Assembly: GCF_000148385.1 (NCBI RefSeq)
Contig: NC_014537.1
Location: 1,380,001 to 1,412,000, forward strand
Direction of reading: 5' to 3'
DNA length: 32,000 nt
Origin: Vulcanisaeta distributa DSM 14429
GTDB taxonomy: Archaea; Thermoproteota; Thermoprotei; Thermoproteales; Thermocladiaceae
The number at the start of each line of letters is the position of its first letter. Position 1 is the stretch's first letter. The position numbers were made by a program, and so were the translations under genes. The notes beneath the pieces were generated by a model that searched no databases, was not told where the DNA came from, and was given only the letters and a program-made list of their open reading frames with translations. Shown in pieces: positions 11,686 through 19,377 of the stretch.

Positions 11686-11697
11686 TGCAACATGTTG
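11686..11697. promoter_or_regulatory. Candidate operator site 3 (TGCAACATGTTG, containing the 10-bp perfect palindrome CAACATGTTG) between the MFS and regulator genes
   Basis: The palindrome centre is 47.5 nt from the MFS ATG at 11645. On the MFS strand, 7 nt separate the motif from TTTATAT. The site lies about 80 nt upstream of the regulator GTG at 11772. Confidence 0.5.
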
Positions 11698-11771
11698 TAT
11701 AACAGTTCTAGAAGTTTACATAAAATAAGGAAAAGAAAAAGTTTATAATAAAATCAATGGGCTAGAGTGCT

Positions 11772-12464
11772 GTGAGAAATATTAATTACAATATAACTTT
11801 ACTAGATTTAACTTATGTTCATGAGGTTGACTGGACCGCAAGTATTACCGATTTTGATTGGGTTTATAGGGTTACTCAGGCTGGTTTTGATTACTCTAAG
11901 GGTGAGGTTATTGAGGTTGCAACATTAAGGGTTAATCGTAAGGATGATTTAAGGTATGTTTTTAGTTCATTACGTAAGCATGGTATTGACATGGTATATT
12001 TTATGGGTGTAAATCCTGGTTATCCTAAGTATGTTAAGGTTATTGTTAAGGGTAGTATTGACTTATCCACACGCTTCCTAGCTCAGGAACTTGGCCTCCT
12101 TGAGGTTTATGCCTACTACGTTAATGGTATTGAGCATTGGGGCTTCCTGGCCCTTAATCGTGAATCACTTGACCAATTCCTTAAGGAGATCACGAATTAC
12201 GGTAAGATTTTAAGTAATAATATTAGGGTTTTAAAGATCGAGGATTTAATTACGGCGAATGCATCAAGGCTTGATGTATTCTTAAATTCAAGTGAGTATA
12301 AGGTGCTTAGGCACGCTTTTGAACGTGGCTTCTTTAATATTCCACGATCAATAAGTATGGACGAATTGTCTAAAGAACTTGGTCTTTCGAAATCCACGAT
12401 AGATCGTTATTTACGATCATCACTAAATAAGATCCTCAGAATTATAGTAAGGAACGAAAATTAA
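11772..12464 (+). CDS. HTH_10 (bacterio-opsin-activator-type) transcriptional regulator with an unassigned N-terminal domain
   Basis: 230 aa. The C-terminal sequence SSEYKVLRHAFERGFFNIPRSISMDELSKELGLSKSTIDRYLRSSLNKIL fits the HTH_10 pattern (GYF..PR...l.elA..LgiS..t..ehLR). It starts with GTG, and TTTATAATAAAA lies about 25 nt upstream. Confidence 0.75.
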   Translation: MRNINYNITLLDLTYVHEVDWTASITDFDWVYRVTQAGFDYSKGEVIEVATLRVNRKDDLRYVFSSLRKHGIDMVYFMGVNPGYPKYVKVIVKGSIDLSTRFLAQELGLLEVYAYYVNGIEHWGFLALNRESLDQFLKEITNYGKILSNNIRVLKIEDLITANASRLDVFLNSSEYKVLRHAFERGFFNIPRSISMDELSKELGLSKSTIDRYLRSSLNKILRIIVRNEN

Positions 12465-12471
12465 TAAGAAA

Positions 12472-13536
12472 TCATTTATTGCGCTTGCCTTCAATAAATT
12501 CTATAAGCCATTGATAAGCCACGTCAGGTGGTGCATGCACTGGTGGGTTCTTGAAGGCCCATGCCGATAGACTGATGAGTGGCCCACCAATCTCCCTATC
12601 CATTGCCAGCTTCACTACCCTGACTATGTCGATCATGACGCCGGCATTGTTGAATGGGTCATAGACCTCGAGATCAACCCTAATCCTAATTGGTACGTTT
12701 GCGAATCCACGGGCCTCAATGAGCATGTGCGCAATCTTCCTACTGCCAAGAAACCTTATGTAGGCCACCGGCGATATGTATGCGTCGAAATCCTCACCCT
12801 CAGCCATCCTCTTAACAGCCTCGGTCTTAGTCCTCTCCTTCTGACCCTTCCTATACATTAGATTTAGGAAGTCTGGCGTGCCACCAACATTTAGTTGGTA
12901 CGTGCCCTCGATCTTAACACCCCTCAACGCCAACAGCCTAATTATGGTCTTGTGAAGGACAGTGGCGCCTAGTTGATTCTGAACATCATCGCCAGCCAGC
13001 GGCAACTTAGCTTTCTCAAACTTCTCCTGCCACTCCTTCGACGTTGCTATTACCGACGGCATGGCATTCACGAAGGCAGTCCCGCTCCTCAATGCCGCCT
13101 CAGCATAGGCCTCACTAGCCCTTTGGGCTCCCGTTGGTAGGTAATTAATGAGAATATGCGCATTCGTGCTCTCTAACTCCCTAATGACATCCTCTATGGA
13201 ACCCTCTGTAATTGGTATGAAAGTATTTCTTAACTGCTCGGCTATGCCATCAAGTAATGGACCAGCCCTCACAATAACGCCTAACTTACCAACATCAATT
13301 ACCTTAAGTGCGTTGTTGGGCTCCGTGAATATTGCCTCACCGAGATCCTTACCAACCTTACGTGAGTCAACGTCAAAGGCTGCGACAACCCTTATGTCCC
13401 TTGGTTCATACGGTCCGATACGTTGAAATGCGAGCCCGACAGGTTCAGGTTCAATCTCGCAGTATTTAAGTCCCTGTATAAAGGCTGAGGCTGTATTACC
13501 GACGCCGGCTATTGCCACGTTAATGCTTGACTTCAT
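12472..13536 (-). CDS. ino1: myo-inositol-1-phosphate synthase
   Basis: 354 aa, colinear with Mycobacterium/archaeal Ino1 as I recall it. Shared blocks are VAIAGVGNTASAFIQG, VVAAFDVDSRKVGKDLGEAIF, AFVNAMP, LAGDDVQNQLGATVLHK, QLNVGGTPDFLN and FNNAGVMIDIVR. Confidence 0.9.
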   Translation of the reverse strand: MKSSINVAIAGVGNTASAFIQGLKYCEIEPEPVGLAFQRIGPYEPRDIRVVAAFDVDSRKVGKDLGEAIFTEPNNALKVIDVGKLGVIVRAGPLLDGIAEQLRNTFIPITEGSIEDVIRELESTNAHILINYLPTGAQRASEAYAEAALRSGTAFVNAMPSVIATSKEWQEKFEKAKLPLAGDDVQNQLGATVLHKTIIRLLALRGVKIEGTYQLNVGGTPDFLNLMYRKGQKERTKTEAVKRMAEGEDFDAYISPVAYIRFLGSRKIAHMLIEARGFANVPIRIRVDLEVYDPFNNAGVMIDIVRVVKLAMDREIGGPLISLSAWAFKNPPVHAPPDVAYQWLIEFIEGKRNK

Positions 13537-13584
13537 TATGCACGCAATATTAACAGCTATTAATAAAGATTTCTCCCGATCAGT

Positions 13585-14073
13585 TCACTTACCCTTTAAC
13601 ACCGCACCCAGTATTAGGAGTATTACACCAACTATTACAAGGCCTATACTAACGATAGATGATTGTATGAAGGGCGCAAGCGTATCAGCATTGATCGTGC
13701 CGTATGTGTAATAAACCATCACATTCTCACTATAATTATTCACTATTGACAACATGCCTGGGCTTGTCTCGGGTACGTATACGATCACGTATTGCCCATC
13801 AACACCCCTCGACGCTAATCGACCTGGTACTGACGTGACCACCTGTAATGGTTTTCCTAAGGTATCATTATAGATAATCATTACTGCGATACCATTTTCT
13901 GGAACGGTGATCGTTATTGATGAGTTGGGTGAGACCAAGGTCTCATTACGTACCCCAGTAACTAGGGCCTCAACATCACTTGCTATTCCTGAGCTTAGGT
14001 AAATACCTATGAAGAATATGGCAATCCCAAGTACTATTAATACGCCACCCGTTATTAATAATTCCTTCCTCAT
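13585..14073 (-). CDS. Hypothetical membrane protein (N- and C-terminal TM helices flanking an extracellular beta-rich domain)
   Basis: 162 aa. TM helices lie at both ends, and the central part carries several N-x-S/T sequons (NET, NSS, NDT, NYS). It lies upstream of ino1 on the same strand. Confidence 0.6.
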   Translation of the reverse strand: MRKELLITGGVLIVLGIAIFFIGIYLSSGIASDVEALVTGVRNETLVSPNSSITITVPENGIAVMIIYNDTLGKPLQVVTSVPGRLASRGVDGQYVIVYVPETSPGMLSIVNNYSENVMVYYTYGTINADTLAPFIQSSIVSIGLVIVGVILLILGAVLKGK

Positions 14074-14136
14074 TATCTCAATGCTGGGATGAATTATTTA
14101 ATAAGTAATTCTCACTCTAATGGTTTAGGATTGGGC

Positions 14137-14736
14137 ATGTTCGTGGCCATTGAGGGCATAGACGGTGTTGGTAAGTCAACGGTAATATCCATGTTAAGGA
14201 GGAAACTGGAGGAGAGTGGTTACAGGGTGTATACTACGGCTGAGCCCAGTCAGTCACCCATTGGCAGGTTAATAAGGGATTGGCTCCTCAAGCCTGGTTC
14301 AAATGTGGCACACCCATCAATATTCGCACTTCTCTTTACAGCTGATAGGGTTCAGCATTATTATGGTGAGGTTAAGCCTATGCTCGATAGTGGTTACTTA
14401 GTCATTACTGAGCGTTACATGGAGTCAACACTGGCGTATCAAGGCGCAATGGGACTGCAGCAGGAGTGGTTAATGGAGCTTCATAGGTTTGTGCCTAAGC
14501 CGGACCTAACAATAATTCTTGATGCGCCCGTCGATATCGTGATCAGTAGGTTACGTAGTAGGCGTGAGCTTGAGGTTTTTGAGGTCAATAGGGAGTTCCT
14601 CATTAAGGTTAGGGAGATCTTGCTGAGGCGGGCATTGATGAATAACTACCCAGTGGTTAATGCCAATAGGGACCTGGGCGCCGTCGTTGATGATGTTTAC
14701 GGGTTAATAATTAATGCATTGAGGAGGGTAGTTTAA
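14137..14736 (+). CDS. tmk: Thymidylate (dTMP) kinase
   Basis: It has the P-loop FVAIEGIDGVGKST and the EPS.SPIGRLIR block. I prefer the ATG at 14137 over the track start at 14089 because ATTATTTAATAA lies about 30 nt upstream of it. Confidence 0.85.
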   Translation: MFVAIEGIDGVGKSTVISMLRRKLEESGYRVYTTAEPSQSPIGRLIRDWLLKPGSNVAHPSIFALLFTADRVQHYYGEVKPMLDSGYLVITERYMESTLAYQGAMGLQQEWLMELHRFVPKPDLTIILDAPVDIVISRLRSRRELEVFEVNREFLIKVREILLRRALMNNYPVVNANRDLGAVVDDVYGLIINALRRVV

Positions 14737-14763
14737 ATAGGCGTAATGTGGTAATGCCTTGTT

Positions 14764-15747
14764 ATGTCTGTTAAGATGATTGATATCACGAGTAAGGAGC
14801 CGGTCTATAGGGAGGCCATCGCCACGGGCTTCCTGAGGGTTGACGAGGACACAATGGGCGAGCTAATGAAGACCGGCGTTAGTGGCCTTGGTAATGCCGC
14901 GGCGATAGCTAAGGTAACGGCGATAAACGCAACAAAAACGGCTTGGAAGTACATACCGCTCCTTCACCCAGTGCCAATTACGTACATTGAGGCCAAGGTA
15001 CGCTATGAAAAGAATGGAATTAGAATGGCGGTGTTGGCTAGGACGAAGGCTCAGACGGGCGTTGAGATGGATGCGTTGTTCGGCCTATTCACGGGTTTAC
15101 TGGCTGCATGGAACACGATTAAGGGGTGTAGTAGGACATGTACTCCTGAGTGGGTCACAAACTTCATGGGCAAGCAAGTACAGACTTGCGGTTCTAGCCG
15201 TGTTGATGGTATGTTCGACATTAAAGTCGTTAGTAAGGTTAAGTCTGAGGATGGGGTAAGTCTATCACTAAGTGATTTTGAGGATAATACCGGCGGTTCA
15301 CCCGTGGTGACCATGTTTGACGTAACCACAGAACCAACGTATTACGGTGAGGCATCGGCTAGAGGCTTCATAAAGCTTAGGGAGGGTACGATTGAGTTGA
15401 TTAGGCAGGGTAAGGTGGAGAAGGGTGACGTAGTGACGGTCGCAAAGACGGCCTCAATAATGGCCACTAAGAGGACCTGGGAGGTTTTACCGCTCGTGCA
15501 CCTTAATTACATTACATACGTTAATACCGATGTTAAGGTTGTTGAGGATGGGGTTGAGATTACCGTGGATACACGCAACGTGTCAAACACGGGCTCTGCC
15601 ATGGAGGCTGTGTTCGCCGTTGGTGTTGGCTTATTGACTGTTTGGGATATGGTTAAGAAGTATGAGAAAGATGAGAATGGTCAATACCCATACACCGTGA
15701 TAAGGGAGGTTAAGGTATTGAAGGCTCTTAAGACGCCTGCTGTTTAA
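14764..15747 (+). CDS. moaC: Tandem-duplicated MoaC (cyclic pyranopterin monophosphate synthase) fusion protein
   Basis: 327 aa holding two MoaC-like halves that align with each other. Half 1 reads MIDITSKEPVYREAIATGF...IPLLHPVP...TGVEMDAL. Half 2 reads MFDVTTEPTYYGEASARGF...KGDVVTVAKTASIMATKRTWEVLPLVH...TGSAMEAV...WDMVKK. They are joined by a Cys-containing linker. Confidence 0.8.
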   Translation: MSVKMIDITSKEPVYREAIATGFLRVDEDTMGELMKTGVSGLGNAAAIAKVTAINATKTAWKYIPLLHPVPITYIEAKVRYEKNGIRMAVLARTKAQTGVEMDALFGLFTGLLAAWNTIKGCSRTCTPEWVTNFMGKQVQTCGSSRVDGMFDIKVVSKVKSEDGVSLSLSDFEDNTGGSPVVTMFDVTTEPTYYGEASARGFIKLREGTIELIRQGKVEKGDVVTVAKTASIMATKRTWEVLPLVHLNYITYVNTDVKVVEDGVEITVDTRNVSNTGSAMEAVFAVGVGLLTVWDMVKKYEKDENGQYPYTVIREVKVLKALKTPAV

Positions 15748-16433
15748 GCGTAGACCTCACTTATTACCTTCTCAACCTCCTCAACGTCCTTAACCGTGTC
15801 CACTGACTTCCAATAAACATCCCTATAAATGACGCCCCTAATCCTCCTCTCACTCGCCAGTTTTGGGAATGCCGTAACCTCAATATCACCCTTATCAGGC
15901 AGGTACTTGAATATGTCCTTAGTGAATGCGTAAACACCCGCGTTTATTAAGTAATCAAGTAATGGTTTCTCCCTGAACTCCGTTATGAATCCCTCACGAT
16001 CAACATGGACGATTCCGTAGGGACTCCTCATGGGGACTAGGGCTATTGTTGATATGACATTACTACTTAATTGCTCTATTAATGGCTTAATTGATAGGTT
16101 TGTTATTATATCTCCATTAAGCACTATGAATACCTCATCCTCAAGGAACTTCATGGCATTCTTAATGGCGCCACCAGTTCCTAGGGGCTCCTCCTCAACA
16201 CTGTAGAATAGCCTAACGCCAAACCTAGAGCCATCACCCATAACCTCAAAGACCTTAGTCCTCAGGTAACCAACTGCGAGGACTATGTCCTTAATACCCT
16301 GCCTACTGAGCCACTCAATTTGCCATTGAAGTATTGGTTTACCACCAACCTCAATGAGTGGTTTTGGTCTATCCAGCGTCAATGGTTGAAGTCTCTTCCC
16401 GAAGCCCCCTGCCAGGATTAATGCCCTAACCAT
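15744..16433 (-). CDS. Sugar-phosphate nucleotidyltransferase (NTP_transferase family)
   Basis: 229 aa. It has the N-terminal signature ILAGGFGKRLQPLTLDRPKPL and the EPLGTGGA block. Substrate cannot be determined from the sequence alone. Confidence 0.8.
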   Translation of the reverse strand: MVRALILAGGFGKRLQPLTLDRPKPLIEVGGKPILQWQIEWLSRQGIKDIVLAVGYLRTKVFEVMGDGSRFGVRLFYSVEEEPLGTGGAIKNAMKFLEDEVFIVLNGDIITNLSIKPLIEQLSSNVISTIALVPMRSPYGIVHVDREGFITEFREKPLLDYLINAGVYAFTKDIFKYLPDKGDIEVTAFPKLASERRIRGVIYRDVYWKSVDTVKDVEEVEKVISEVYA

Positions 16434-16530
16434 TAACTGGGAATTTAAATTAGCCCTATTAATGCATTAAGCATCATAAACCTGCATTTAAAGTTAAATT
16501 TATTAACTTAAACTCTAGGTTTAAGGGCAT

Positions 16531-17199
16531 ATGATCGATAAGGCATTGGAATTGCTTAGGCAGGGCAGGATAATATTCATACATGACTCCGATGACAGGG
16601 AGAATGAGGTTGATGCGGTGATCAGGGCTGACCACGTAACGCCATCAATAATTACCTGGATGAGAAAAAACGCGGGTGGTTTAATATGCTTCGTGACGGA
16701 GGACTCAATAGGTAAGCATTTAGGTCTTGACTTTATGAGTGATTTATTACGTAAGATAGGCTTTAATGGATTAGTTAAGAGGCCTAGCTATGGTGACGAC
16801 CCGGCATTCTCAATATACGTCAATCATGTGAAGACAATAACGGGTATTAGGGATAGGGATAGGGCATTAACAATTACTAGGCTCGCCGATGTTGTTAAGA
16901 TGATTAATGAGGGTAAAGTAATTGATGCCCGCAAGGTCTTCTATGAGGAGTTTTACGCACCAGGTCATGTACCAATACTCCTAGGGAGAATTGGGCGTAG
17001 GTTTGGGCATACCGAGTTGTCCCTGATGCTATCGAAGATTGCTGGAATACCGCCGGCTCTAGTGATAGTTGAAATGCTTAGTGATGACGGTGAGGCGTTA
17101 AGTAAGGATATTGTTAATAAGATAGCTAATGAATTAGGTACGGTACTTGTAAGTGGTGACGAAATAATCAGTGAAGCTAGGAGGCGTGGAATTATTTAA
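16531..17199 (+). CDS. ribB: 3,4-dihydroxy-2-butanone 4-phosphate synthase
   Basis: 222 aa, colinear with archaeal RibB (M. jannaschii) as I recall it. Shared blocks are HDSDDRENEVDAV, RKNAGGLICF, FSIYVNH, ITGIRDRDRA, APGHVPIL and GHTELS. Confidence 0.9.
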   Translation: MIDKALELLRQGRIIFIHDSDDRENEVDAVIRADHVTPSIITWMRKNAGGLICFVTEDSIGKHLGLDFMSDLLRKIGFNGLVKRPSYGDDPAFSIYVNHVKTITGIRDRDRALTITRLADVVKMINEGKVIDARKVFYEEFYAPGHVPILLGRIGRRFGHTELSLMLSKIAGIPPALVIVEMLSDDGEALSKDIVNKIANELGTVLVSGDEIISEARRRGII

Positions 17200-17393
17200 A
17201 TAAATATATTTGAATAATAATCTATGTAATAGAATAATCGTATTAACTCACGTATTACTAATATACCTCCTGCCTTGATATTGTTTAATCTAAACTTGTC
17301 ATAATTATCATAAAATTTGATATTAGTAAGGAAATTATGTGAGATTTAGCGTATTGAGACCGATATATTCGTCCGTTGCATTTCCAAGCGATG

Positions 17394-17403
17394 TTTTTAA
17401 ATA
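17394..17403 (+). promoter_or_regulatory. TATA box (TTTTTAAATA) of the Cren7 gene
   Basis: An AT-rich box about 30 nt upstream of the ATG at 17433. This implies a very short or absent leader. Confidence 0.5.
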
Positions 17404-17432
17404 CTCCCGAACCAAGGAATTTATTGACCGGT

Positions 17433-17624
17433 ATGGTTACGCTTGAGGATCTGGCTAAGAGGGAGTATGAGGTTGAGGGTAGGAAGTTGAGGCCTACGAA
17501 GGTTTGGAAGGTTCAGCCTAAGGGTAGGAAGGGCTTCGTAATGGCGTTGTTCAAGACACCAGACGGAAAAACAGTAAGAAAAGTAATAGCAAAAGTAGAC
17601 GAACAAGGAAACATAATAACCTAA
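17433..17624 (+). CDS. cren7: Chromatin protein Cren7
   Basis: The 63-aa product [51 protein letters not shown]... matches the Sulfolobus Cren7 core ([27 protein letters not shown]). The track start at 17376 (TTG) would place the TATA box inside the ORF. Confidence 0.85.
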   Translation: MVTLEDLAKREYEVEGRKLRPTKVWKVQPKGRKGFVMALFKTPDGKTVRKVIAKVDEQGNIIT

Positions 17625-17665
17625 GGCACATAATAGCATTAAAATTAATCCATAAAAACCATACA

Positions 17666-17683
17666 TTTTTCCTTTTATTTTTC
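17666..17683 (+). terminator. Oligo-T terminator region downstream of Cren7 (TTTTTCCTTTTATTTTTC)
   Basis: Three T-runs lie within 18 nt, about 40 nt after the stop codon. Archaeal RNA polymerase terminates at oligo-T tracts. Confidence 0.5.
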
Positions 17684-17700
17684 TAAGAAATCATATTAAT

Positions 17701-18036
17701 ATGAACTGCTGGCTGGTCCTTATTGGAGATTGCTCAAGACCATGTAATTGCACAAGTGAACACCCACTGGTATTAAGTTCAAATCCTGGTATTACTAAGG
17801 ATGATGGTATAGTTATTGTAGATGAAGGGACAAGGATTCCTTGTTGTATAGCAATAGTTAATGATGTTAAGTTCTTGAAGATGAATGAAGAAATAAGGAT
17901 ATACGTTTATTTAAAGGACTGCGATGTCCCCAGTGAGGATAATATAAATAGGATTATGAAGATCATAAGATCTCTGGGTTATACGATTAAGATTACGAGT
18001 ATTGATCAAAGCCTATGTATAAAGCATCGAATTTAA
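17701..18036 (+). CDS. Hypothetical Cys-rich orphan protein
   Basis: 111-aa ORF in a markedly AT-rich segment. My hand count gives about 39% GC for 17701-17820. I recognised no family motif, so coding status is uncertain. Confidence 0.4.
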   Translation: MNCWLVLIGDCSRPCNCTSEHPLVLSSNPGITKDDGIVIVDEGTRIPCCIAIVNDVKFLKMNEEIRIYVYLKDCDVPSEDNINRIMKIIRSLGYTIKITSIDQSLCIKHRI

Positions 18037-18143
18037 CTGAATTAAAATACCATATAATAGCTAAGGATGGAAATCAATGAATTATAAGTCCTTAAATAAA
18101 TATCGATGTTCTATCGCATTCAATGAGGCAGAATTATCGATGA

Positions 18144-18220
18144 TGGCGGCCCCGGTGGGATTTGAACCCACGACCTACGGCTCCGAAGGCCGCCGCTCTT
18201 CCTGACTGAGCTACGGGGCC
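18144..18220 (-). tRNA. tRNA-Arg (anticodon TCG), CCA encoded, no intron
   Basis: The reverse complement folds as a cloverleaf: GGCCCCG TA GCTC AGTCAGGAA GAGC G GCGGC CTTCGGA GCCGT AGGTC GTGGG TTCAAAT CCCAC CGGGGCC G CCA. The anticodon loop is C-U-[UCG]-G-A, and the T-loop is TTCAAAT. Confidence 0.95.
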
Positions 18221-18272
18221 GTAATATTTATTCTCACTTTTCCCTTTTATTTTTTAGGCGTATCTATGGGTC

Positions 18273-19343
18273 TTACGGTATTACCTCTGTTGAGTCTAGC
18301 ACTGGGTCGTACATCAACTCATTACCATTAATAATGCCTTTCTTGATGAGTTCCTTAATCCTGGGCGCTATTGACAGTACTGCCTTTATAGTTTCCTTAG
18401 TCACGTAATCCACGGCTTCGACACCATCCCGACCCCAGTACTTCTCACCCTCCATTAATGCGTATAGGCACCTACCACCACAATAAGGTCTAAACTCGCA
18501 GTTCATGCATGTCTCAGGCAAACTCATCTTCATTAGTTTAAATCCATCATTAACACCTCCAAGGACCGCCCATTGCTCCCTAACAGCTATTGGGCATGCC
18601 AATACCCTGCCATCTGTCGAAACCGCAACTGCCCTATAACCTGCACCGCATGGTGGCCCTTCATATGGTTTAAATAAGTATGCACTTAATATGCCGAGTA
18701 TCGGCACTATACCCAATACCTTACCCTCCTCGGCATTCCTCAGGAATAAACTCACTAATCTCTTAATACCTGGCAGGTAACTGCCGTTAGCCCACGTCTT
18801 AACATCCCATTTATTGGTCCATATCACGTTCAACTGCCAATGAACATAGTCAAAGCCAAGACCTAGCAGGTGCGTGACATCCTCGTATATGTCCGTTAAT
18901 TCCGTAACCGTCATCCTGGCAATGATCCTCTTAACGCCTATGTTCCTTAGGTAATTGAGTGCATTAACAACAGCCCTATAAACACCTCTACCCCTATTGG
19001 TATCGGTAACGCTTTCCCTACCATCAATAGATAGTAAAACTACATCCATTCTCCTCCAATAGTCCCTGGGCAGTAAATTAACAAGGGTACCATTAGTCTG
19101 AATTCCAAATCTCCTTGCCCTGATATTGTCCATGGCCCACATTATGAAGCGTGGATTGAGCAGTGGCTCACCGCCGTAAAAAATCACCGTGGCATCCGCA
19201 TCCCCCTCAATTAACCGTTTCAGCTTATTAACATCGTAAGTAACCCTCCAGGGTACAACATGTGGTTCAAAGGATCCTCCGCAGTACGAGCACTTAAGGT
19301 TGCATACGCCCGTTGTAAATAGAAGCCACAGCATCCTTAACAC
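18273..19343 (-). CDS. Radical SAM enzyme with C-terminal SPASM domain (peptide/protein-modifying maturase-like)
   Basis: It has the CNLKCSYC (CX3CX2C) radical SAM cluster motif and the GGEPLL block. The C-terminal CGAGYRAVAVSTDGRVLAC (GX4C) and CMNCEFRPYCGGRC (CX2CX5CX3C) form the SPASM signature. The start is GTG at 19343 or ATG at 19334. Confidence 0.85.
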   Translation of the reverse strand: MLRMLWLLFTTGVCNLKCSYCGGSFEPHVVPWRVTYDVNKLKRLIEGDADATVIFYGGEPLLNPRFIMWAMDNIRARRFGIQTNGTLVNLLPRDYWRRMDVVLLSIDGRESVTDTNRGRGVYRAVVNALNYLRNIGVKRIIARMTVTELTDIYEDVTHLLGLGFDYVHWQLNVIWTNKWDVKTWANGSYLPGIKRLVSLFLRNAEEGKVLGIVPILGILSAYLFKPYEGPPCGAGYRAVAVSTDGRVLACPIAVREQWAVLGGVNDGFKLMKMSLPETCMNCEFRPYCGGRCLYALMEGEKYWGRDGVEAVDYVTKETIKAVLSIAPRIKELIKKGIINGNELMYDPVLDSTEVIP

Positions 19344-19377
19344 CCTTATTAATTTTGGTCGCTCATGCTCAGAATGC

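Noticed and set aside
12472-16433. Inositol-1-phosphate synthase plus a nearby NTP-transferase, considered as a di-myo-inositol-phosphate (compatible solute) biosynthesis locus
   Set aside because: No CDP-alcohol phosphatidyltransferase (DIPPS) gene is present. The two genes are separated by unrelated housekeeping genes (tmk, moaC). The synthase is also needed for archaeal inositol phospholipids, and the nucleotidyltransferase has no inositol-specific feature I can see.
16459-16470. Perfect palindrome TTAATGCATTAA in the ribB / nucleotidyltransferase divergent promoter, which recurs at 20007-20018 and partially at 14713-14722
   Set aside because: The other copies are inside coding regions, where AAT-GCA-TT(A/G) simply encodes Asn-Ala-Leu. 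A recurrence of this kind in an AT-rich genome is compatible with chance. The same applies to the 10-mer GATCATTAAT shared by 1096-1105 and 29198-29207.
17421-17666. 81-aa minus-strand ORF antisense to Cren7
   Set aside because: It fully overlaps the well-supported Cren7 gene and its T-rich terminator. Its Tyr/Phe/Leu/Cys-rich translation is an artefact of reading AT-rich and antisense sequence.
17667-18255. Near-identical T-rich elements TTTTCCTTTTATTTTT (17667-17682) and TTTTCCCTTTTATTTTTT (18238-18255) flanking ORF111 and tRNA-Arg, considered as att-like direct repeats of an inserted element
   Set aside because: Both are low-complexity oligo-T tracts with simpler explanations. The first is the Cren7 terminator. 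The second, read on the minus strand (AAAAAATAAAAGGGAAAA), is the A/T-rich promoter region of the tRNA gene. There is no integrase, and the repeats do not overlap the tRNA body.
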